A stretch of 32,000 nucleotides of DNA from Dendronalium phyllosphericum CENA369 (GTDB taxonomy: Bacteria > Cyanobacteriota > Cyanobacteriia > Cyanobacteriales > Nostocaceae): contig NZ_JAECZA010000316.1 in the NCBI RefSeq assembly GCF_016056275.1, positions 2,656 through 34,655 on the forward strand, given 5' to 3'. The notes beneath the pieces were generated by a model. It was given only the letters and a program-made list of their open reading frames with translations, did no database searches and was not told the DNA's origin. Of this stretch, positions 7,800 through 15,399 are shown piece after piece (position 1 is the stretch's first letter; each line of letters opens with the position of its first letter). Both the position numbers and the translations under genes were made by a program.

Positions 7800-8802
7800 A
7801 CTTATTATTTTAGATGTTGGACATGGAAATTGTGCGTTAATCAGGGATGCAAATGATGTAATTGTTATTGACTGTCCACCTGGGGGTACGTTGGTAGAAA
7901 CTCTTGAATATCTATCTATCAAAGAAATTTTACATATTCTCATTTCCCATTCTGATGCAGATCATATTGCGGGTATGATTGACTTACTCTCAAATGAAGA
8001 TATCAAAATTCATAATGTACATATAAACCCTGATGCAATTAAGAAAAGTGAAATTTGGAAGGATGTACGTTATGCTTTAAAAGACGCACGCCTACGGGGA
8101 ACTAAAGTTTCATCAGAATTAACAACAGCAAAAACGGGAAGTTTGAACATTGGTACAGTTAATATAGAAGTTCTTGCACCAACACCTGAATTAAATTTAA
8201 GTGGTGCTGGAGGAACTGATTTACAGGGGCGGCGATTAACTTCCAATTCAATATCAGCCGTTATAGGTATAGTTCACGATTCTCATAGAGTGGCTATACT
8301 AGCAGCAGATATTGATAATGTAGGCTTTGACAATTTGATTCAAGACCAAAAGAGTTTGAGTGCTGATATACTTGTTTTTCCTCATCATGGTGGAAAACCA
8401 GGAAGTGCAGATCCTAAAATATTTGCCCAGCAATTTTGTACTTTTATCCAACCAAAGTTAATAATATTTTCAATTGATAGAAATCGTTTTAATAATCCCC
8501 GCATAGAAATAGTAGAGGGTATTATTTCTTCAGTCCCAGATGCTCATATTTTATGCACTCAATTATCCAAACAATGTACTACTAGTCTTCCTAGTTCAAA
8601 GCCTACACATTTAAATACACTTCCTGCCAGAGGGCTTAATAGTAATAGCTGTTGTGGAGGAACTATTACTATTAAAATAGATGGTAGCAAGACAACTTAT
8701 GCTGAGATGGCTTTACATAAAGAGTTTATTATTAATCAAGTAACTAGCCCAATATGTCGAAAGTTTTTATCCATCTTTGAACCGGATAGCGTGTCCATTT
8801 AA
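7777..8802 (+). CDS. metallo-beta-lactamase-fold hydrolase, ComEC/Rec2-type (probable nuclease)
   Basis: ILDVGHGNCALI, ILISHSDADHIAGM (HxHxDH-type metal motif variant) and VFPHHGGK match the ComEC C-terminal MBL pattern. The tail is Cys-rich (C..C..CCGG..C). Confidence 0.8.
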   Translation: MKMTDSPELIILDVGHGNCALIRDANDVIVIDCPPGGTLVETLEYLSIKEILHILISHSDADHIAGMIDLLSNEDIKIHNVHINPDAIKKSEIWKDVRYALKDARLRGTKVSSELTTAKTGSLNIGTVNIEVLAPTPELNLSGAGGTDLQGRRLTSNSISAVIGIVHDSHRVAILAADIDNVGFDNLIQDQKSLSADILVFPHHGGKPGSADPKIFAQQFCTFIQPKLIIFSIDRNRFNNPRIEIVEGIISSVPDAHILCTQLSKQCTTSLPSSKPTHLNTLPARGLNSNSCCGGTITIKIDGSKTTYAEMALHKEFIINQVTSPICRKFLSIFEPDSVSI

Positions 8803-8934
8803 GTACAATATCTGTAATGAAATTGATTGAAATGCAAGATAAGTGCTAGCTTTTGAGTGTACATCCGAATCTGGATATCTCGGCGGACACCTGTAAACTA
8901 CTGCCGCACTTTACACTCAGTAGCTTTCAGAGAA

Positions 8935-11900
8935 TTACCTATACTTTAGTTTCCTGAGACGTGCCAAAGCACTTACTACTGGAGGGTCTTTGACATCTTC
9001 AGGAATAATTACCTTGTCGTCAGGTTGAATACCACAAACATCAAAATCATGTTCCCCTATTTGCCATGCTGGCCGAATAAATATTTGCTTTTTCAGAATT
9101 CCAAGTTCTGTGAAGAAGTTTGCGCTAGAACCATCTTGAGATACACAGCCAGGAGTAAGAATATAAAAACCTAACTTTTCAAACATATCTATAAATTGGT
9201 CAAGATTCCTAGAATCTCTTGGATTCATAGTGTTAATCCGATACGTGAGGATAAATTGTGAGTCACTAGAAGCTTTTAGCCAGTCAGGATTCATTCCAAT
9301 AACTACGCGATAAGCTGCTGGATTGTCAGCATCGATTCCAGTAATAATAGATACTCTGATTTTTTCCTCAACATCTTCGTCTCCAATGTCTTTCCTCCAC
9401 TGATAAAAAATTTTCTTGCTTGCATTCTCATCTTGGAACAAAAGTGCAAGCTCTAAAAGTGGGAGATTACGATTATTTGGGATCAATCCGAACCCTGTTC
9501 CACTCCAACTAGCTTTATCCCAAAGATGAATATCAAGCAAGGAGAAGACCTTACGTTCGCGGTGTTTTAGGTGATCGACACTCTTGAGTTCAGGCGGAGG
9601 CTCACCGTGTCCTGGCTTGGGTGAAAATACATTAGCTCGTTCTTCAGAGATATTTTGAACTGTTTCATTGTTCCAGGCATTTGTTCGTTGAGGCGGAAAG
9701 TGCTTATCACTGTCGCTCAATTTCCAGTCCATAAGTTGCAGTTTTGGACTTTTACCCAAGATATTCCAAACTGCAATAGCTACGTTTGTAAAATCAAGTG
9801 CGCGAGAAAAAGCCAGTTCATCTTGTAAAAGTCCTTTAAAATACTGTTCCGGGTTTGATACAAACGCTATCTTAAAAATTACTCGAATAATTAATTCAGC
9901 CAGCGTTTTGCCTAATGATTCAGAATTAAGGTCTGCTATGTAAGATTCATTGACAGAATGTTTTACTTCTATGAGAGTTTCAAGAGTTTCTCCACCTTCC
10001 TCTTTAATGTGAAAATCAATAACGTTAGCAACAGAACCCGATGATACTATTTGAAATCTAATATTTGGTTGATGAGGGAATAATTGCGAATCAAGACTTG
10101 TTGCCAGAAAAGCTTCAAATGCAGCAAGAATTGACTCCGCAATAAACAGCGATCTACTATTATTTAAAACTTCAGCAACTACGTTGCAGCCAAGAACTTG
10201 TGAGCGGAGTTCTACTGTACCCTCTGCTAAAAATTCTGGTAGTTCTGGTAGGTCATGACTTGCTGGTTGTGCTATCCAATCATTAAAAAACTTACGTACA
10301 CTCGCCTCATCTTCCTCCTCTGGAATCCAACCCTCAGAACGAAGATAATCTTCATAACCTAGTGCGTACAACGATGCCATGAATGAATGATGAAACCCAA
10401 GTTCTTCGAGAACTGCTGGCAAAAACTCTAAACACTGCAAATCCTTAAGGGCAGTTTTAAGAAGAAGAATCCCAAGTACCGCATCTTGAGTTTCCCTCTC
10501 TTTAATAAATTTCTCTTTAGCTTCTTCATTGAGTCCAATTGCTTGTGCAATAACTGTAGAGGTTTCAATCCAAGCGAGTGTGATTGGAATCCGCCCTAAT
10601 TGTAATTCGAGCCAGACAAGACGTTGTAGACAGGCAAAGGCTTGAATAGTAATTGTGCTGTTTTCCCAATACTCATTAAAAGCTTGGGATGCTGCTAGGA
10701 GCATATTGGAACGCGCAGCCCACAGTAAGCCTATCGACTCATAAGCACTTGCACATAGAGATAGTGCAGCAATTAACTCACCATGACACTCACGCATAGC
10801 TAAGTTATGCTGCGCTCGACCAAGAAGATGAATTGCTTCGTAACGGTTTCCGCCAAGAAGTTTTTGCCTTCCTCGTGTCAAAAGCATACGTCCTGAAGTT
10901 GCTTTACTCTCGCGTTGTTGAGAGAGTATAAGTACAGCTTCAAAAAGTTCATCGAAGCCAGGATCATCAGGCAAATATTTACCGAGTTCCATGAGAATCT
11001 CGATCAATGGAGCTACGGGAAAGTTGACTAAACCTTCGCCCTCTGCAAATACCTTGCGAAATTCCTCAAGTATCCTTTTCAACTCAGCAGGTTCATGTCT
11101 GGACTCACTTAGATCCATTAGTAACTCAATGGATCTTGCTTGTAAGGCAGTGCTTGGTCTATCTTGATCAGCCTGGAGACGCTGTAATTCAGTATGTAAA
11201 GTTTTGGTTCGTGCTTCTAGCTTTGCATCGTAGGCTTCAAGTTGTGACCGTTGAACGGTTGTCCACAGAAGTTGCCATAGATTAGCTAATTTTTCAATAT
11301 CTGTGACTTGGCTGCTTTCAATTGCTAGACGCTCAACATCGTCGTAAATGCGGTTAAACGTGTGAAAGTCATCATGCCACCAATAAGCAGTCCATGCTTT
11401 GGCGTAAGCACACCGAAGCTTTTGCTGATGCATTCCATATTGTTCGGCTATACGCTCGGCTCGTGCAAAACGTCCCTCAACCTCTACACGTGGTAATTCA
11501 AGTTCACGTGATAGAATAGCTGCCTCAAGACAATCCTCAACAAGTTGATACTCGACACCTTGATAACGAATAGGATCTTTTATCTGCGTCTCTAGTTCTT
11601 TCAATTCAGCTTCACGAGATGTGTCTAAAGCCCCCTTTTTAACAGCTGGCGTAAGAGGCAAATTGATTTTAAGAGTTTCTACAGCTAGATTTTCTCGCTT
11701 GTTCTGAAACACCTTATCGAGTATCCAAGTTCTATCTAGAACTCGTACATAAATGTTGTACTGTTTTCTCAGTTCATCTTCAATGTTGGCTCGATCTTTA
11801 TCTTTGATATATCGACTACTGATGAAATAAATTAAAGTGTAGCTACGCTGCGTTTCTACAATTCCTTGGACATCAGAACGAACTTTTGAACGCCACTGTT

Positions 11901-12273
11901 GTTTTGCACTGACGGCAAATGCCCAACGTTCTGAGGCAGCTTCACGCCCAACTCCCTCATACCAGCGAAGTGAAACAGCATCGGATACAGGGTAGGTTTC
12001 AGAGTCTACCTTGCTGTCTCCTCCTCCAGTGGGGCCTGTTTGCGGTAAAAGGTTAGGACAAAGCTCTTTTTCAGCTAATCTGCGGCAGAAATGTTCAAAA
12101 TCCTTTTCTTGGCTACGGCTAGTCAATGTTTCTAAGTGATATTCCAAAAAGTTTCGATCTAGCAACGGCTCCCCAACTACTTGCGTATCGGAGAAAAGAT
12201 AAGGTCGCCGTGCCCTCATAAAATCCGAAGGGCGGAACGTTGCTGACTCAGGTTGCTGACGTTTTTCAACCAT
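8935..12273 (-). CDS. large (1112 aa) protein: N-terminal restriction-endonuclease-like (Mrr/PD-(D/E)xK-like) domain, long helical TPR-like middle, unknown C-terminal domain
   Basis: The ORF is long and uninterrupted. FEHFCRRLAEKEL..TGPTGGGDSKVD..WAFAVSAKQQW..YTLIYFISSRYI resembles the Mrr-type E..D..(E/Q/S)xK core. The middle is helical and repeat-like (for example GNRYEAIHLLGRAQHNLAMRECHGELIAALSLCASAYESIG). I found no convincing Walker A. Confidence 0.6.
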   Translation of the reverse strand: MVEKRQQPESATFRPSDFMRARRPYLFSDTQVVGEPLLDRNFLEYHLETLTSRSQEKDFEHFCRRLAEKELCPNLLPQTGPTGGGDSKVDSETYPVSDAVSLRWYEGVGREAASERWAFAVSAKQQWRSKVRSDVQGIVETQRSYTLIYFISSRYIKDKDRANIEDELRKQYNIYVRVLDRTWILDKVFQNKRENLAVETLKINLPLTPAVKKGALDTSREAELKELETQIKDPIRYQGVEYQLVEDCLEAAILSRELELPRVEVEGRFARAERIAEQYGMHQQKLRCAYAKAWTAYWWHDDFHTFNRIYDDVERLAIESSQVTDIEKLANLWQLLWTTVQRSQLEAYDAKLEARTKTLHTELQRLQADQDRPSTALQARSIELLMDLSESRHEPAELKRILEEFRKVFAEGEGLVNFPVAPLIEILMELGKYLPDDPGFDELFEAVLILSQQRESKATSGRMLLTRGRQKLLGGNRYEAIHLLGRAQHNLAMRECHGELIAALSLCASAYESIGLLWAARSNMLLAASQAFNEYWENSTITIQAFACLQRLVWLELQLGRIPITLAWIETSTVIAQAIGLNEEAKEKFIKERETQDAVLGILLLKTALKDLQCLEFLPAVLEELGFHHSFMASLYALGYEDYLRSEGWIPEEEDEASVRKFFNDWIAQPASHDLPELPEFLAEGTVELRSQVLGCNVVAEVLNNSRSLFIAESILAAFEAFLATSLDSQLFPHQPNIRFQIVSSGSVANVIDFHIKEEGGETLETLIEVKHSVNESYIADLNSESLGKTLAELIIRVIFKIAFVSNPEQYFKGLLQDELAFSRALDFTNVAIAVWNILGKSPKLQLMDWKLSDSDKHFPPQRTNAWNNETVQNISEERANVFSPKPGHGEPPPELKSVDHLKHRERKVFSLLDIHLWDKASWSGTGFGLIPNNRNLPLLELALLFQDENASKKIFYQWRKDIGDEDVEEKIRVSIITGIDADNPAAYRVVIGMNPDWLKASSDSQFILTYRINTMNPRDSRNLDQFIDMFEKLGFYILTPGCVSQDGSSANFFTELGILKKQIFIRPAWQIGEHDFDVCGIQPDDKVIIPEDVKDPPVVSALARLRKLKYR

Positions 12274-12687
12274 AAATCTAGTAGAACTTTGTCTAAAGAC
12301 AATACAATCTGCAAGTACAGAAATACTATTATAGCCAGTGGACTATAACTTAAAACCCGCCTTTACGTAAAAGTGCGGTATCAGACATCAAAATTGCTAA
12401 TAATGCAGATCAAGGGGGTTTAATCCTCCGTATGTCGATACCTACCGCGACAGCGCAATACTATTAGCCCATTGAACTACTGAATTAGCAATCGCTGCCA
12501 GCACTACCCATTCACAAAATGCCAGATTACTAATGGTTAACCGTCGCCGTAGATGAAAAGAACTGAAAATTGAGCTAGGGTATCTCGGCAAACACCCTAT
12601 AAAGGGTTCTGTTTGCGATCGCATCTCTTAACACTGCTCACGATTTGACACAATGGGTTATATTTTGTCCAGTGTCATGTTGCGGCG

Positions 12688-13455
12688 GTGAAATTGACCA
12701 AGATAATCTCACTCTTCAATCAAGCGGGTGGTGTCGCCAAATCGACGACAGCCCAAAATCTTGGCTATCACCTTTCACTACGCCACCATCAAGTATTGTT
12801 AATAGACATAGACCCCCAAGGTTCCCTCACCACGTTCATGGGGTTGGAACCAGCCGATCTAGAAAAAACTATTTACGATGCCTTGATATCGGAAGAAGAG
12901 GAACCTATCCCTATACATCGGGACTTAGACGGCATAGACTTAGCTCCTGCTAACATTTTGCTAGCTAATGCCGAACAAGAACTTATATTTGCTGAACTGC
13001 GAGAATTTCGACTCAAAGAGGTACTCACTCCTCTATTAGATAGCTATGATTTTATTTTGATTGACTGTCCGCCCAGCTTGGGTATTCTTAGTCAAATTAG
13101 CTTGGTTGCCTCTACTCATGTGCTGGTTCCCATTCAGTGTCAGTTCAAGGCATTGAAGGGAACAGACTCGCTGTTGAAAACAGTGGCCAGAGTGCAGCGC
13201 AAGCTGAACCGCTCCCTCAAGATAGCGGGATTCTTCCCCACAATGTACTCTGCTAGTAATTCCTTAGACCAAAGAACCTTAGAATCAATTCGCGATCAGC
13301 TGTCGAGTTTGGCAACGATATTTCCTCCCCTACCTCGTGCTACAGCAGTGGCAGAAGCAGCTGAGTATGGTAAACCTTTGGCATTATGCCCTAATAAAAA
13401 TCCTGCTATTCTCCGCGTCTTTGATGAAATAGCAGAAGCTATGGAGGTTTTATAG
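12688..13455 (+). CDS. parA: ParA-family partition ATPase with atypical Walker A
   Basis: KIISLFNQAGGVAKSTTAQNLG lies at the N-terminus, with ILIDCPPSLG and the usual ParA length. It sits directly upstream of parB. The start is GTG. Confidence 0.85.
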   Translation: MKLTKIISLFNQAGGVAKSTTAQNLGYHLSLRHHQVLLIDIDPQGSLTTFMGLEPADLEKTIYDALISEEEEPIPIHRDLDGIDLAPANILLANAEQELIFAELREFRLKEVLTPLLDSYDFILIDCPPSLGILSQISLVASTHVLVPIQCQFKALKGTDSLLKTVARVQRKLNRSLKIAGFFPTMYSASNSLDQRTLESIRDQLSSLATIFPPLPRATAVAEAAEYGKPLALCPNKNPAILRVFDEIAEAMEVL

Positions 13456-14379
13456 ATGAGTCCCAGACGAGCAAGCCAACCACCTGCTGATAGAAGCAAA
13501 CTCAAGAACGTCGCCCTGTTCAAAGAGGATGATGAGAATTTAGTTCCTACTAAGGTGTCACTGGACAAGATTATTCTCCCCTCTACTCAACCTCGGCGTT
13601 ATTTTGACCCCAAAGCTATGCAATCTTTGGTGGAGTCGGTGAAACGTGAAGGCATCCTCCAGCCTTTATTGGTTAGACCAGTAGGGGATAAGTATGAGTT
13701 GGTGGCAGGAGAGCGCAGATATAGGGCAGCACAAGAAGCAGCTTTAACAGAAGTGCCGATAACGGTGCGGGAGATGTCGGATGAGCAAGCGGTACAGTAT
13801 GCGCTCACCGAGAATCTACAACGGTCAGACTTAAACCCAATAGAAGAAACTGAAGGAACCTTGCAACTGTTAGCGCTGCGATTGGGATGCGAAACAGCAG
13901 CAGTGTCTACTGTACTCTACAGAATGGAGAATGAAGCCAAAGGAAAAATTACCCGAAACGTTTCGGGTAATTCCGAGGCAGAAATAGTAGAAAAAGTGTT
14001 CGCTGAATTGGGAAAGATGAATTGGCAATCATTTGTTCGCACTCGGCTACCACTGTTGAAACTGCCAGAGGAGATTTTATCAGCCCTGCGTGCTGGACAA
14101 ATTGAGTACACCAAGGGCAAGGAGATTGCCAAGCTGACATCGAAAGAAGAAAGAATTGAACTCCTAGAAGCTGCAATTTCGCTATCTTTGTCCCTTTCAG
14201 AAATTCAACAGCAGGTCAAAGCCAAACAACCAGTTGCCACACCTCCACCACTGCAAAGTCGTTTAGAGGCTACATACAAGAAAGCGAAAAGATCAAAGGT
14301 GTGGGACAATCCCCAGAAGCAGAAAAAACTAGAATCTTTGTTGAGAGAGTTGGAAACTTTGATGGCTGATGAGGGGTAG
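13456..14379 (+). CDS. parB: ParB/Spo0J-family partition protein
   Basis: LQPLLVRPVGDKYELVAGERRYRAAQEAAL and ALTENLQRSDLNPIEE are classic ParB box motifs. The ATG immediately follows the parA stop. Confidence 0.9.
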   Translation: MSPRRASQPPADRSKLKNVALFKEDDENLVPTKVSLDKIILPSTQPRRYFDPKAMQSLVESVKREGILQPLLVRPVGDKYELVAGERRYRAAQEAALTEVPITVREMSDEQAVQYALTENLQRSDLNPIEETEGTLQLLALRLGCETAAVSTVLYRMENEAKGKITRNVSGNSEAEIVEKVFAELGKMNWQSFVRTRLPLLKLPEEILSALRAGQIEYTKGKEIAKLTSKEERIELLEAAISLSLSLSEIQQQVKAKQPVATPPPLQSRLEATYKKAKRSKVWDNPQKQKKLESLLRELETLMADEG

Positions 14380-14495
14380 GGTTTAAACGTATAAAAATCC
14401 CGAAGCGGAGAAAATCACTCATTAACCCCAACATAAAAGTTTTGACAAGGTTTACATCTTAACGAGCGTGCCTATCAGATGTAGGGTAATTCACT

Positions 14496-14912
14496 CTAAT
14501 TCTTTTCTAAAAATTCTTGAACAGTCAGAATCTCAATTCCTCTCCACGGGTTTAGCACTAGCAGATCATCATCTCCGGTCACAATACATTCTGCTTTTCC
14601 ACTGACAGCTAATTCTAGATATTTGTTATCTTTTGGATCTCGACATTCATTAATCTGTTCAGTTACTTTAATGAACTGTACAGTTTCGGACAAATCCACC
14701 AGGAAATCGTTTCGTTCTTCTGGCGTGATGTACCGATTAAATTTGGGTCGAGCGAGTACCTGTTCTAGCTCTAGCCAAATGGACTCGGACACCAACAATT
14801 CTCCTAAGTCTTGAGCTTTTCTGAGTGCGCGATCTGGTTTGCTCCCTGGTAATAACACCGCGCTAATGATGACATTGACATCACACACAAACCGTCTTTT
14901 ATTCGTCGTCAT
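14496..14912 (-). CDS. PIN-domain toxin of a toxin-antitoxin pair
   Basis: FVCDVNVIISAVL, CRDPKDNKYLELAV and CIVTGDDDLL give the PIN acidic-residue pattern. It overlaps the upstream small ORF by 14 nt. Confidence 0.8.
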   Translation of the reverse strand: MTTNKRRFVCDVNVIISAVLLPGSKPDRALRKAQDLGELLVSESIWLELEQVLARPKFNRYITPEERNDFLVDLSETVQFIKVTEQINECRDPKDNKYLELAVSGKAECIVTGDDDLLVLNPWRGIEILTVQEFLEKN

Positions 14913-15171
14913 TCAAGATTGACTCCAAAATCTCTGGCGTTAAACCTCTTTCTGCGGCTCGTCTGCCAATTTCATCCATTGTTTGCCTGAGCTTGGCAAT
15001 GGCTTCTTGCTTGCTTGTCATTGAAGACTTTAATAACACTGCAATCCGGGATTCAATTTGTTCCCGTTCTTCTTCCGTGGCATTACGGTATGCCTCTGCT
15101 ACCTCAGACGGGACTTTGATAGTAATTTCTTCTTTAGTAATCATGGTCTGTTCGCTTCCATAATTTCTCAT
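14899..15171 (-). CDS. putative antitoxin (small acidic protein)
   Basis: Small ORF overlapping the PIN gene start. An alternative start is ATG 15144 (MITKEEITIKVPSEVAEAY). Confidence 0.6.
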   Translation of the reverse strand: MRNYGSEQTMITKEEITIKVPSEVAEAYRNATEEEREQIESRIAVLLKSSMTSKQEAIAKLRQTMDEIGRRAAERGLTPEILESILNDDE

Positions 15172-15290
15172 CTTTAATCATGTTACTTCCTTGGCTCAGA
15201 GTTCCTCCATCATGCTGTTTGGAGTAGCGTTGTAGCATGGTCATCGATTTCGTATGGAATGCTAAGTAAGGGCAATTTTAAAATTAGAAC

Positions 15291-15330
15291 ACTCGCGCCC
15301 GCGCCACCACCCGATTAGTGGTGTGCGAGT
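15291..15330 (-). terminator. candidate intrinsic terminator after the NACHT gene
   Basis: GC-rich hairpin ACTCGC..CCACCAC-loop-GTGGTG..GCGAGT lies 70-110 nt beyond the stop. On the minus strand it is followed by GTTCTAATTTTAAAATT. Confidence 0.4.
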
Positions 15331-15399
15331 AGCAATGGAACCAAAATGTACGTTAAAGACTAATTCTTGTAATAACACAAAAAATATAATTTAGATGCA

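Noticed and set aside
12289-12302. TTGTCT-AA-AGACAA upstream of the 1112-aa gene start, and isolated TAGACAAT octamers at 4182 and 7213, resembling the rep-gene iteron core
   Set aside because: These have only 6-bp arms or are single octamers. Such matches are expected by chance in 64 kb of AT-rich two-strand sequence. Without clustering they do not support Rep binding outside the rep gene.
12442-12953. ORFs 12442-12624 (-) and 12645-12953 (+)
   Set aside because: The first lies in the parA upstream region and has no coding features. The second overlaps parA out of frame and gives a Pro/Arg/Ser-rich translation, whereas the parA frame has clear family motifs.
14623-14814. Short ORFs antisense to longer genes, namely the PIN, NACHT, relaxase, primase and kinase genes (for example 14623-14814, 16280-16627, 17246-17539, 19355-19585, 28118-28355, 30013-30502)
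   Set aside because: Each is fully nested antisense or out of frame within a longer ORF that has clear family motifs. Their translations are Cys/Ser/Arg-rich and lack motifs or plausible starts.
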